Of a stretch of 34,456 bases of DNA, positions 17,598 to 27,492 are shown piece by piece. The notes under the pieces are model-generated. The model was given only the letters and a program-made list of their open reading frames with translations. It ran no database searches and was not told the origin of the DNA. Both the position numbers and the translations under genes were made by a program. Source of the DNA: an uncultured Rhodothermales bacterium. GTDB taxonomy: Bacteria; Bacteroidota; Rhodothermia; Rhodothermales; VXPQ01. Every line of letters begins with the position of its first letter. The first letter of the stretch is position 1. Where the stretch lies: contig CAZMXY010000002.1 in the NCBI GenBank assembly GCA_964570345.1, forward strand, positions 30,322 through 64,777. Reading direction: 5' to 3'.

Positions 17598-18374
17598 CTA
17601 GATCAAGGATCGTGATTGACCTCCGTCGACGTTGAGGCTTGCACCCGTTACGAGGCTTGCTCGATCCGACACGAGAAACGTGACGACGTCCGCGACCTCT
17701 TCCGCCGTGCCGAACCGCCCCATGGGCAGGTTTGCTTTGACGAATTCCCTCATCCGTTCGGGGTCTTCCTTGACGCGCCGATCCCAGCTTCCACCTGAAA
17801 ACCGAATGGAGCCCGGCGCGACGGAATTGACGCGGATCCCCTCCGCCGCAAGCTCAAGCGCCATAATCTTGGCGATGCTGATGAGCGCCGACTTCGTGGC
17901 GTTGTAGATCGACAAACCGGGACCCCCTGCTTCCCTCCCAAAAATCGACGAGATGAATACGATTGCGCCTCCTCCCTCCTTGCGCATGTGTGGAATGGCC
18001 GATCGGCTGCATCGGACGTGTGACATGAAGTTCAGCTCGCCGATGTCGTACCAATCTTGATCCGTCGTTTCGGCGAAGTCTTTCCGCCGATTGCCCCCTA
18101 CGTTATTCACTAAAATATTCAGCTTCCCGTAGCGCTCGACCGTCGCGTCGATGAGTCGATCGGGCGCGTCGGGATCGGTGAGATCCATCGCGACGGGCAG
18201 GACGGATGCGCCGGCCGCTTCGAGCTCTTCCGCGACGCCGGTAAGGTGCTCACCATTGCGCGCGCAAATTGAAACACGGCATCCTTCCATGGCGAGCCGC
18301 GACGCGATGCTTTTTCCAATACCACGGCTCGACCCGGTGACGATGGCAACCTTGTTCGATAACTCGAGATTCAT
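17598..18374 (-). CDS. Short-chain dehydrogenase/reductase (FabG-like, substrate unknown)
   Basis: TGSSRGIG, NNVG, catalytic S and YNATK, RVNSVAPG, VDGG. Confidence 0.92.
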   Translation of the reverse strand: MNLELSNKVAIVTGSSRGIGKSIASRLAMEGCRVSICARNGEHLTGVAEELEAAGASVLPVAMDLTDPDAPDRLIDATVERYGKLNILVNNVGGNRRKDFAETTDQDWYDIGELNFMSHVRCSRSAIPHMRKEGGGAIVFISSIFGREAGGPGLSIYNATKSALISIAKIMALELAAEGIRVNSVAPGSIRFSGGSWDRRVKEDPERMREFVKANLPMGRFGTAEEVADVVTFLVSDRASLVTGASLNVDGGQSRSLI

Positions 18375-18487
18375 GTTTGTCAGACACCGTTGTTTCGGTC
18401 ACGAGAACTGAGACTTGGAATGAAAACACGTCGATTCCGTCTCGGTCCGCAACCTACATCGGTCAAAAACATTTCAAACGGAACAGA

Positions 18488-18730
18488 ATGTCGTTATTAT
18501 CCAGCCTCGAGCTCATGGTTGAACCAGGCGATTTTACCCTCCCACCGGATCTGACCTTCGAGGACGCCATGCAGCGTCTCGAGGCCATCGTAAAAACCCT
18601 CGAGGGTGACACGTGCACCCTGGAAGACGCGCTGAACCACCACGCAGAGGGAGTGGCCCTCGCTCGTTTCTGCAAGGAGCGGCTCAGGTCGGCGGAGCTC
18701 AAAGTTCAGAATCTCACACTTGGAGACTAA
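18488..18730 (+). CDS. xseB: Exodeoxyribonuclease VII small subunit
   Basis: TFEDAMQRLEAIVKTLE...LEDAL...EGVALARFCKERLRSAELKV; start ATG 18488 or 18515. Confidence 0.9.
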   Translation: MSLLSSLELMVEPGDFTLPPDLTFEDAMQRLEAIVKTLEGDTCTLEDALNHHAEGVALARFCKERLRSAELKVQNLTLGD

Positions 18731-18735
18731 ATTCG

Positions 18736-19269
18736 ATGACTTCGCTCGAACGGCTCCAGTTTCTGCCGGACGATGCACGAATCTGGATCTACGTTGCCGA
18801 TCGATTGCTGAGCGACGACGAGGCTCAGGTACTGCTCGAGCATCTGGACTCCTTCTGTGCAGGATGGCGCTCACATGGTAGACCCGTCTCGAGTGCGGCA
18901 ACGGTCGTCGAGGGTCGTTTCGCGGTTATCGCGGGGGAGATTCCAGGCGGCGACATATCCGGTTGCGGAATCGATTCCTCAGTCCATGCGCTGAACCGAG
19001 TCGCCGAGGAGCTCGACGTGCGATGGTTGCCGGCCCTTGCCGTGCATTTCCGAGGGGAAAGCGGCGCGGTGCGCTCCGTTTCGCGTCCGGAATTCCGGAA
19101 ACTCGTAGCTGCGGGCCAAATCGACGTCAATACTTCCGTGTTCGACGTATCGATTGAGACGCTTGGCATGCTTCGTGCTGGGAAACTAGAACAACCCGCC
19201 GGGACGACCTGGCATTCACGAGCGTTTCGCTTGACGCAAACCAGCCATGTAGGTCCGGAACCGTTCTAA
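18736..19269 (+). CDS. Conserved hypothetical protein (Bacteroidota-type family with RIWIY / W.SHG / SGC.ID motifs)
   Basis: In-frame ATG 5 bp after the xseB stop; LPDDARIWIY, WRSHG, SGCGID; no Walker A motif. Confidence 0.7.
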   Translation: MTSLERLQFLPDDARIWIYVADRLLSDDEAQVLLEHLDSFCAGWRSHGRPVSSAATVVEGRFAVIAGEIPGGDISGCGIDSSVHALNRVAEELDVRWLPALAVHFRGESGAVRSVSRPEFRKLVAAGQIDVNTSVFDVSIETLGMLRAGKLEQPAGTTWHSRAFRLTQTSHVGPEPF

Positions 19270-19336
19270 ATCGGTGTATTGACCGTAATAGTTCCGTTAT
19301 GCATGGCGCGACGATCGTCGTTCTCGGCCGCACGGA

Positions 19337-19362
19337 GGAAACCGCGCGAACGGTTCGTCGTG
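19337..19362 (+). promoter_or_regulatory. Possible ECF-type promoter GGAAAC-N16-CGTG upstream of the L,D-transpeptidase
   Basis: Same AAC-N16-CGT spacing as the site before pspC. Confidence 0.35.
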
Positions 19363-19445
19363 GTAGGTCCTGACGTTAGGCGTACCTCGCAAACATGATT
19401 TCGACGCGATTTTGGCAGCGGCTAACTTGCTGTTCTCGATGACGA

Positions 19446-20404
19446 TGCGATACAGTACAACCATCCTTCTCATGTCGGCCGTCCTGTCTTCGGTCGTAAG
19501 CCTTCCGGCCTTCGCGCAGGGATATATCAATCAGACGGCGATCGAAGACGTCCTGACGGGCCACAACGCACGTAGCCTGGATGATCTTCCGGAGGTGTAC
19601 TACAATTACTACGTCTTGGATGACGGCCGGAACAACAGCGTGCTGGCGCGCAATACGTTCTACAAGATCATCGGACGCGGCGACATGGAGTTAGGCCGAA
19701 ACCGGGCCAAGCTCGTCGAGCTTCTGAACCGACTGTTGCTTCAGCATTCCGAGATTGGCGACACGCTCGTCGTGCCCGAAAAGTTCGAGCTCGACTTCCG
19801 AGCGTATTCTCCGTTTCCGCGCTACTATCCGGGTGCACGAGACTTCGACAAGCTGTTCATCATCCATAAGACCATTCAAGCCTGGGCCGCTTACGAGTAT
19901 GGACAGCTGACGCGCTGGGGAATTGTCAACACGGGTTCGGCTGAAAGCCCGACGCCGACCGGACGATACAATTTCAATTGGAAGGAGGAGTATCGGGTCT
20001 CGTCACTCAGTCCGGCGGACGAACCCTGGGAGATGTACTGGGTCTTCAATTTTCACAACCCGCGTGGAATTCACATCCATCAATACGCCATGCCGACGGG
20101 CGGACCCACGAGCCACGGCTGTGTTCGCCTCGTGGACACGGACGCAAAATGGATTTACGATTGGGCGGAAGCCTGGGTAGTCTCGAACGGGCGTGTCGAC
20201 TACGCGTCCGCAGGCAGTCGCGTCGTACGGCCGGGAACGACGGTACTCGTGGTGGGTGCAGATCCGATCGGTCATCCGCTCCCCTTCGACTTCAAAAAGC
20301 GGTATCCCGTCTTGAAACGGGTCGACCTGCCCCCGCATCCCTACGACATGCCGCCCGGCACCGATCAGCAGGAGCACTTCGATCGATTACGCGCCTCACG
20401 CTAG
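19446..20404 (+). CDS. Secreted L,D-transpeptidase (YkuD/ErfK family)
   Basis: Signal peptide ending PAFA-Q; VNTG, TPTG, IHIH...SHGCVRL catalytic His/Cys. Start uncertain (between 19412 and 19446). Confidence 0.85.
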
Positions 20405-20413
20405 TAAGGCTGG

Positions 20414-21553
20414 CTAGTAGATACTCGTGAACATTCTCTCCGACCTCGGTACACGCTTCTCGCGATTCCACGAGAAGTAGATCGTCGTCGCCTTTCCTAC
20501 GACATGGTCCCACGGCACGAAGCCCCAGATGCGGCTGTCGTAGGAACTGTCCCTGTTGTCGCCCAGCACGAAGAAATAATCCTGATCGAAGACGTAGTGT
20601 GACTCCGGTCGACCGTCGATGAGCACGCGTCCGTTTGCCAGCGTGCTTACTTTATGACCCTCGTACCGTTCGATCACGTCTCGATACACATGAAGGGACG
20701 AGCTGTCCAGCCTTACCGATCGTCCCTTGGCCGGTATGTAGATGGGGCCGTAGTTGTCCTTTCCGAATCCACTCCCCAGTGGGAAAACGTGCTCGCCGTG
20801 GCCCTTCATGGCGGGCACGACAAGAGGTTGAATCGATTCGATCTCACGCCACGATCCGACCTCCTGCGCTAGGGCTACCGTTGACTGGAATGAGACGCCG
20901 TCGAGCTTCTCTCCGACGTGTCCTACGTCTTCGACGCCCGTGGATTCGAGCCGGTCGATCGGAAACTGCGCGTTCGGCCGCCGAATAGCGAGCCATTTCT
21001 GCTGCATGCTGCCGTTTAACGGCATCCGCCGTCCATTGACGAAGGGTATCTTGTCAATTATTTCCAGGCTATCCCCCGGAAGTCCGATCACGCGCTTGAT
21101 GTAGTGCGTCTTGCGCCCGATCGCTTTCTCGTCGAGCGGGAAATTGAAGACGATGACGTCGCCATGTCGCGGCTCGACGAAGCCTGGAAATCGAAGTGCA
21201 GGCAGGTCAACCCCCTCGAGATACCAATCCGTGAACGGAATACCGATACGCTGTGGCAGTCTCGGCCCGTAGTGCAGCTTCGAGACGAGGACGAAGTCGC
21301 CCGCAAGAAGCGTTTTCTCCATGGACGACGTCGGAATTCGAAACGCTTCGAGAATAAACCCGCGGATGAGGAAAGCTACCGTCAGTGCAATGACGATCGT
21401 CAGAAGCCAATCGCGGAGCGCGACCTGATGCCGAATCGGGTTTCGACCTTCTCCGACGCCGGTGTGGCGAGTCCCTGACGACGCTTCTTTCTTCCCTCTC
21501 GAAGCGTCTTCGTTGGTCGACGTAGCTCTACTTATCGAATAAACCTTGGCCAC
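20414..21553 (-). CDS. lepB: Signal peptidase I, second paralog
   Basis: TM segment, then FRIPTSSMEKTLLAGD (Ser), YIKRVIGLPGD (Lys), GDNRDSSYDSRIWGFVP. GTG 21553 chosen to avoid overlap with the upstream paralog. Confidence 0.93.
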   Translation of the reverse strand: MAKVYSISRATSTNEDASRGKKEASSGTRHTGVGEGRNPIRHQVALRDWLLTIVIALTVAFLIRGFILEAFRIPTSSMEKTLLAGDFVLVSKLHYGPRLPQRIGIPFTDWYLEGVDLPALRFPGFVEPRHGDVIVFNFPLDEKAIGRKTHYIKRVIGLPGDSLEIIDKIPFVNGRRMPLNGSMQQKWLAIRRPNAQFPIDRLESTGVEDVGHVGEKLDGVSFQSTVALAQEVGSWREIESIQPLVVPAMKGHGEHVFPLGSGFGKDNYGPIYIPAKGRSVRLDSSSLHVYRDVIERYEGHKVSTLANGRVLIDGRPESHYVFDQDYFFVLGDNRDSSYDSRIWGFVPWDHVVGKATTIYFSWNREKRVPRSERMFTSIY

Positions 21554-21573
21554 GCTCAGCGTCCGTCGACCGA

Positions 21574-22695
21574 TTAATTGATCAGATGGAAAATACGCCC
21601 GAAGCGCGGCAGCATTGCCTCGGAGTCCCAAGAAAAGTAGATCAGGATGGCCTTGCCGACGACGTGATCCATGGGCACGAATCCCCAGAATCGACCGTCT
21701 TCGGAATTGTCTCGGTTGTCGCCCATGACGAAGTAATAATCCTGCTCGAACGTATAGCTTTCGGCGCGGACTCCATCAATCTCGATGGTCCCGTCTTCCG
21801 CCATCTGAACGGCGTGATGTTCGTACTCGGTGATGACCGGTCCGTATATCGGCATGTTTTCCGCCGTCAATCGGACGTTCATTCCCATTCCCGGAATCTG
21901 TATCGGCCCATAGTTGTCCGGAGTATAGCCCTGACCGGGTGGATACATGAGCGCGCTGTATCCGACGTTTTCCGGTGCGATGTAGGGCTCGACCAGGTCG
22001 ACCCAAGGCCATGACCGAATCTCATCCACGGCTGCGCTCGTAGCGAGAAGGCGGACGACACTCGGATTGGACGTCCCCTGAACGTCGGAGACTCCCAGGT
22101 TACGCAGCGCGGCACCTGAGAGGTGAACCCGCGGATCTTTTTTGTGCACGTTCCAATACTGCTGCATTCCATCCATCAGAGGAAGCTCGTCCCCGTCCAC
22201 GCGCACGACCTTGTTCACGACTTCGAGCGATTCGCCAGGCAATCCGACGACTCGCTTGATATAGTGCATCTTACGATCGACCGGTTTCTCCTCGGGTGGA
22301 AAATTGAAGACGATGGCGTCTCCTCGCTTTACTTGCGAGAATCCAGGTCCCCGCGTATAGGGCAGTTCGATCCCTTTCAAATAGATCTGAGTGAAGGGAA
22401 TGCCGATCGTCATTGGCGTCCGTGTGCCGTAGTGCAGCTTCGAGACGAACAGATAATCTCCTATCAGGAGATTTTTCTCCATCGACGGCGTCGGAATACG
22501 GAAAAGATCAAAGAGCAGCGTGCGGACGATAAGCATGACGACGAGAGCAAAGACAATCGCGTCCGACCACTCGCGAAACTTGCCTTTCGGCCGTTTACCG
22601 TCAGACTTACCATTGCTTTGCACGGAATTCATCCGCGCGAGCCGTTCGTCGCTAGACGTTTTGCGGCGCTTCTTACTTACGTTCGGTCCAACCAA
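21574..22695 (-). CDS. lepB: Signal peptidase I, first paralog
   Basis: FRIPTPSMEKNLLIGD, YIKRVVGLPGE, GDNRDNSEDGRFWGFVP; start TTG 22695 or ATG 22632. Confidence 0.94.
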   Translation of the reverse strand: MVGPNVSKKRRKTSSDERLARMNSVQSNGKSDGKRPKGKFREWSDAIVFALVVMLIVRTLLFDLFRIPTPSMEKNLLIGDYLFVSKLHYGTRTPMTIGIPFTQIYLKGIELPYTRGPGFSQVKRGDAIVFNFPPEEKPVDRKMHYIKRVVGLPGESLEVVNKVVRVDGDELPLMDGMQQYWNVHKKDPRVHLSGAALRNLGVSDVQGTSNPSVVRLLATSAAVDEIRSWPWVDLVEPYIAPENVGYSALMYPPGQGYTPDNYGPIQIPGMGMNVRLTAENMPIYGPVITEYEHHAVQMAEDGTIEIDGVRAESYTFEQDYYFVMGDNRDNSEDGRFWGFVPMDHVVGKAILIYFSWDSEAMLPRFGRIFHLIN

Positions 22696-22726
22696 CAGTC
22701 TGTTTACGATTTAGGTCAATTAGCCG

Positions 22727-23542
22727 TCAATCTCGCTCCCGAAGGAGCGGGCGCCCGAGTTTCAAATCCGGCCTTCGTATTCGTTCGATAAAAAATTTGC
22801 TGCCGTCGTATCCCGACAAGAACCAAATCCGCTCCTCGGGCAGGAAGTAATAGTCTGCGTAGGGAGCCCTCTCGGTGCTGTTTACGATTCGCCCAAGAAA
22901 CACCTCCTTGATCTCGGGTAGGAGGGCCGCGTAGGCGTGGTCACTCGCAACAACCAGGCCGCGCTCGAACGGCCCGTTAACGTCCATAACCATTAGCGGA
23001 ATCGAGTCGTTCACCACGAACCAATACTCGAACTGCACGTACTCGCCCGGTTGTTGGTTTTGCGTGGGGTTGTAATCGGCGATCGTCTGCGTCGGGGATC
23101 CGAACTCGGCCTGGAGACGCGCTCTGAGCTCACGCGTGAATGTCGTATCGAGAGGCGTAACGTCGTTGCTTCCGACGTAGGTCCAGCGCGACTCGCCGAA
23201 CTCCTTGGCAAACCAAGACCGCCCTAATTTCGGGATGGTCCTCCACCGCGTGATCTGCAGCACGCGCTGTGAATCGTCCGGTGGCTCCGGCTCCGGCGGA
23301 AAAACGCGATCCAGCCAGTCCCGCAACGAATCGGTTGGATGATAAACGTGCTCGGGTGGAAGGGCATGTGGGCGGTAGCCATTAAGCAAGCGCTCCGACT
23401 GTTCCTTAAATCGGGCAGCACGATACATCTCGACGAGCGACTGCCCTCTCGCCTCGTTCGCCGCGGAGGTCCAGCTCAGGACGGAGAACAGCATCGCGAG
23501 GGCAGCAACGGCTGGATGGAATAATGTTCTTCGACCCTGCAT
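22727..23542 (-). CDS. Secreted hypothetical protein in the lepA-lepB cluster
   Basis: ATG 23542 lies 5 bp after the lepA stop; signal-peptide-like N-terminus, Pro-rich linker, aromatic-rich globular C-domain. Confidence 0.7.
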   Translation of the reverse strand: MQGRRTLFHPAVAALAMLFSVLSWTSAANEARGQSLVEMYRAARFKEQSERLLNGYRPHALPPEHVYHPTDSLRDWLDRVFPPEPEPPDDSQRVLQITRWRTIPKLGRSWFAKEFGESRWTYVGSNDVTPLDTTFTRELRARLQAEFGSPTQTIADYNPTQNQQPGEYVQFEYWFVVNDSIPLMVMDVNGPFERGLVVASDHAYAALLPEIKEVFLGRIVNSTERAPYADYYFLPEERIWFLSGYDGSKFFIERIRRPDLKLGRPLLRERD

Positions 23543-23547
23543 GCTGA

Positions 23548-25356
23548 TCAATCGTCCATTGAAAGAACGGCGAGAAAAGCCTCCTGCGGGACCTCGACGC
23601 GCCCCACCTGCTTCATTCGCTTCTTGCCTTCCTTCTGCTTCTCGAGGAGCTTCCGCTTTCGCGAGACGTCGCCTCCATAGCACTTCGCCGTTACGTCCTT
23701 GCGCATCGGCTTGACCGTCTCGCGGGCGATGATGCGGCTGCCCACCGCCGCTTGAAGTGCTACTTCAAACATTTGCCTTGGGATGAGCTGCTTTAACTTG
23801 TGCGTGAGCTTGCGACCCATGTCGTATGCCTTGTCGCGGTGGACGACGGTCGAGAGGGCGTCGACCGGGTCGCCGTTGATCATGATGTCTAGTTTGACCA
23901 GGTCGCTGGTTCTGAACTCAAAGAATTCGTAATCGAACGAAGCGTATCCTCGACTAAAGCTCTTGAGTTTGTCGTAGAAGTCAAAGACGATTTCGGCGAG
24001 TGGAAGTTCGTATTGGAGATTGACGCGCTCCGTGTCAAGATACGTCTGGTTGACGTAGACGCCTCGGCGATCCTGACAGAGTTGCATGAGGTTGCCGATG
24101 TACTCGGTCGGTGTAATGACGTCCGCACGTACGAACGGTTCGCGTATCTCCTGAATCTCGCCGGCCGACGGCATGTTGCTCGGGTTGTCGATGATTCGTC
24201 GTTCGCCGTCGTTCGGGATCACTTCGTACTTTACGTTGGGGACCGTCGTTATGATGTCAAGTCCGAACTCACGGTCCAGGCGCTCCTGAACGATCTCCAT
24301 GTGCAGGAGGCCGAGAAATCCGATCCGGAATCCGAATCCGAGTGCCACGGACGTTTCCGGTTCGTACGTGAGTGACGAGTCGTTTAGTTGAAGTTTCTCG
24401 AGAGAAGAGCGCAGGTCTTCAAACTCGTCGGGATCGGTCGGGTAGACGCCGCTGAAGACCATCGGCTTCACTTCGCGAAACCCCGTAATCGAGGTATCGG
24501 CTGGATTTGACGCAAGCGTAATCGTATCACCCACGCGGGTGTCGCGAACGTCCTTTACGGATCCGATCACGTAGCCCACGTCGCCCGCCCGCAATTCGTC
24601 GACCGGCTGCATGGTAAGTCGCATGACGCCGATCTCCTCGGCGTCGTACTCCTTGTAGTTGGACATGAATCGCATTTTGTCACCCCTGCGGAGCGTTCCG
24701 TCGAAAATGCGGGTGTACACGATCGATCCACGGTACTGGTTGAAGACCGAGTCGAAGATCAGTGCCTTTAAGGGCTTGTCCGGATCGCCGGCAGGGGCGG
24801 GAACGCGCCGGATGACGGCCTCGAGCAGATCTGCCACTCCCTCTCCAGTTTTCGCGCTGATTTTCATGATGTCCTCGGCCGGCTCGCCGATGAGGTCCTC
24901 CATCGTCTGCGCGATGACGTCGGGACGTGCGTTGGGAAGGTCTACCTTGTTCAGCACCGGAATGATCTCGAGGTCGTGGGCAACGGCAAGGTAGAGGTTC
25001 GAGATCGTCTGAGCCTCTATTCCCTGTGCGGCGTCCACGACCAGGACGGCTCCCTCACAGGCCTTCAGCGCGCGTGAGACTTCGTACGTAAAGTCGACAT
25101 GACCGGGCGTATCGATCAGATTCAGCACGTAGGTCTGGCCATCTCGTGCCTCGTAACTCATGCGAATCGCGTGACTCTTGATCGTGATCCCGCGTTCACG
25201 CTCGAGGTCCATGCTGTCGAGGACTTGTTCCTGGAGCTCGCGGTTGGTCAACGTGCCGGTGATCTCGAGCAGTCTATCCGCCAGCGTACTCTTCCCGTGA
25301 TCGATGTGGGCGATAATGCAGAAATTCCGGATCCGGCTCTTCCTCAAGTCGGCCAT
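23548..25356 (-). CDS. lepA: Translation elongation factor 4 (LepA)
   Basis: [53 protein letters not shown]. Confidence 0.98.
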   Translation of the reverse strand: MADLRKSRIRNFCIIAHIDHGKSTLADRLLEITGTLTNRELQEQVLDSMDLERERGITIKSHAIRMSYEARDGQTYVLNLIDTPGHVDFTYEVSRALKACEGAVLVVDAAQGIEAQTISNLYLAVAHDLEIIPVLNKVDLPNARPDVIAQTMEDLIGEPAEDIMKISAKTGEGVADLLEAVIRRVPAPAGDPDKPLKALIFDSVFNQYRGSIVYTRIFDGTLRRGDKMRFMSNYKEYDAEEIGVMRLTMQPVDELRAGDVGYVIGSVKDVRDTRVGDTITLASNPADTSITGFREVKPMVFSGVYPTDPDEFEDLRSSLEKLQLNDSSLTYEPETSVALGFGFRIGFLGLLHMEIVQERLDREFGLDIITTVPNVKYEVIPNDGERRIIDNPSNMPSAGEIQEIREPFVRADVITPTEYIGNLMQLCQDRRGVYVNQTYLDTERVNLQYELPLAEIVFDFYDKLKSFSRGYASFDYEFFEFRTSDLVKLDIMINGDPVDALSTVVHRDKAYDMGRKLTHKLKQLIPRQMFEVALQAAVGSRIIARETVKPMRKDVTAKCYGGDVSRKRKLLEKQKEGKKRMKQVGRVEVPQEAFLAVLSMDD

Positions 25357-25507
25357 GACGTTGACATTAAAGAAGCGATGATAGATTGCGGCCGTACTCC
25401 GGAGAGATCAAGGCTTGTTTCAGAAGCCGGCGGTGGGTAGGGACGCACCTGCGTGGAACGACGGACGGTCTTTCGGCGCCGATCGGTACGAACCGATTCA
25501 TCCAAAT

Positions 25508-25527
25508 AAAAAAGCGGCTTTCGCCGC
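25508..25527 (-). terminator. Terminator-like hairpin upstream of lepA
   Basis: Minus strand reads GCGGC-GAAA-GCCGC-TTTTTT (5-bp GC stem, GNRA loop, U6). Confidence 0.5.
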
Positions 25528-25922
25528 ATCGCTAATATACCCGGACGATCCGGCGGTTCCGTCCATCGTGTTGCCGTCGCGGGATGCGGAGAATTTGGTA
25601 AAGATTCGCTCCATGTCAGGCAAACTTTGTACCTTAGTGGCTCGATGACGAGAGCCGAATCGGATTGGTGCGATCGATGCCTGGCCTGCCGAATTCCCCA
25701 TCCGGTAAACGAATCCCCGTCCAGTGAACTTTGTGCTTGAGTATCGTTTTAAAAAGGCCAATTTACTTGCGAGGCCGACTTTATTTTATAAGGCCGACGC
25801 GTCCGCGATCATGGCGAAAGTGCCGTGAGCAAATTGTGAATCCTCGACGTCCGCACTCTGTCGTGTTGGGTATCGAGGGACGGTCGGGTGTATATCAACC
25901 GAAGCCGAGTAGTTAGCGCTTT

Positions 25923-26495
25923 ATGCGATTGATTTCGGACGAGCTGTTCGCCGAATGGAGTGAGGGGCTCCAGCGTTCGGATCGAACCATCTATGCGCAG
26001 CTCTTCGAGGTGACCTATGACGGGCTCTTCGGATTTGCCCGTTCCATCGTTCGCGATCCTCAAGCTGCACATGACGTGCTTCAGGACGTATACATGAAGC
26101 TATGGCAGATCCGAGAATCGGTCGATCCGGGACGTTCGCTTAAGGCATTACTGTACCAAATGGTGCGAAACCATTCTCTTAATCACGAAAGACAGAGAAA
26201 AACGCGCTCTTCGGAATCCGTGGACAACAGCCTGACGGAGCCCGCGGCGTCCGGTGACATTGAAGACGACGTTCATGCCGTCGCGCTCAAGGAACGTATT
26301 CAGTCGTGGATCGCGGACATGCCTGAGCGCCGTCGTGAGGCGTTTGTCTTGAGTCGATTTGAAGGGTTGAGTCACGATGAAATTGCGCGCGTCATGGAGC
26401 TTACACCGCGTACGGTGAACAACCATATCGTTCTAGCTCTTCAAGACCTTCGTTCCCGCTTGCAGGCCTTCGAAGCCGAAAGTATACGATCATGA
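25923..26495 (+). CDS. ECF RNA polymerase sigma-70 factor (FecI-like)
   Basis: AHDVLQDVYMKLW, LYQMVRN, MPERRREAFVLSRFEGLSHDEIA..TVNNHI. Confidence 0.93.
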   Translation: MRLISDELFAEWSEGLQRSDRTIYAQLFEVTYDGLFGFARSIVRDPQAAHDVLQDVYMKLWQIRESVDPGRSLKALLYQMVRNHSLNHERQRKTRSSESVDNSLTEPAASGDIEDDVHAVALKERIQSWIADMPERRREAFVLSRFEGLSHDEIARVMELTPRTVNNHIVLALQDLRSRLQAFEAESIRS

Positions 26496-27448
26496 GACCG
26501 GAACCTTCCACAAGACCGCTTCCACCCTCTCTCGACGAGTGGTTTCTCGAGCATCCGAAGGCTGATCGGAGTCTGCTCGAAGAGGTTTGGACGCTTGCCG
26601 ATCAAGGTCGCTTCGAAATGACGGAAGCCGACGGCAGGAAGAAGTCGGCAGTATGGACGGCTCTCGAACGGCACATGGACGAAACATCGCGTGAGAGATT
26701 GCCTCGGCCACGGCTTCGTCTCGTTCGGACACGCGCTATTCGGTGGGTTGCCGCCGCTGCAGTCTTGGTCCTACTTTTCGGCGTGGGCTTTTATTTCCGC
26801 TCAACGAGCGTGACCGCGCAGCGCGGCGAGTTTGCCCAGGTCACGCTGCCTGACGGATCCGAGGTTCAGCTCAATAGCGAATCATCGATTTCTTACCGTC
26901 CTCATTTTCTGGCCGCGCGCAACGTGCGTCTCGAGGGTGAGGCATTTTTCGAAGTCACGAAGAGCGACAAGCCTTTCGTGGTAGAGACCTTTAATGCACG
27001 AACGACCGTGCTGGGCACGGAATTCAACGTCCGGGCTCGCAGCGACGAGCCTCAGGCTTCTACGTCGGTTATCGTCGCATCGGGAAAAGTGCGTCTTCTC
27101 TCGAAGAACGGCGACCGTGAGGGCGTCGTCTTGACGTCCGGCAAGCAGAGTAGCGTCTCAATGAATGCGCCGCGGCCAACGATCCCCGAGCTCGTCCCTC
27201 TCTCACGACGCCTCGCGTGGCGTACCGGGGGCCTCGCCTTCAGTGATCAGCCCTTCTCGATTATTTTTCAGGAAATCGAGCGTCGTTACGACGTTGAAAT
27301 CGAGGCGTCGGACGACATTCTCAATCGACCGTTCAGCTACTACGTCCACGAACCGCAATCCGCTACGAACGTGATCACGGATCTCGTCGTGGCCGAAGGC
27401 TTGCGTTATCGCGAGACGTCACGAGGATTTGAGATTTATCGACCCTAG
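26492..27448 (+). CDS. FecR-family anti-sigma factor
   Basis: Single TM segment, VTLPDGSEVQLN, LEGEAFFEV, VLGTEFNV, AWRTG; ATGA overlap with the sigma gene. Confidence 0.93.
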   Translation: MRPEPSTRPLPPSLDEWFLEHPKADRSLLEEVWTLADQGRFEMTEADGRKKSAVWTALERHMDETSRERLPRPRLRLVRTRAIRWVAAAAVLVLLFGVGFYFRSTSVTAQRGEFAQVTLPDGSEVQLNSESSISYRPHFLAARNVRLEGEAFFEVTKSDKPFVVETFNARTTVLGTEFNVRARSDEPQASTSVIVASGKVRLLSKNGDREGVVLTSGKQSSVSMNAPRPTIPELVPLSRRLAWRTGGLAFSDQPFSIIFQEIERRYDVEIEASDDILNRPFSYYVHEPQSATNVITDLVVAEGLRYRETSRGFEIYRP

Positions 27449-27492
27449 GTCCGAACGGTAGATTTTTTCCAATTTCACTTCTTATATTCACG

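Noticed and set aside
25361-25387. TTGACA...TAGATT plus-strand promoter candidate next to the lepA start
   Set aside because: Spacer is only 15 bp.
25415-25916. Small ORFs in the lepA-sigma gap (25415..25648, 25498..25761, 25731..25916)
   Set aside because: Weak start codons, no motifs, mutually overlapping; not supportable from sequence alone.
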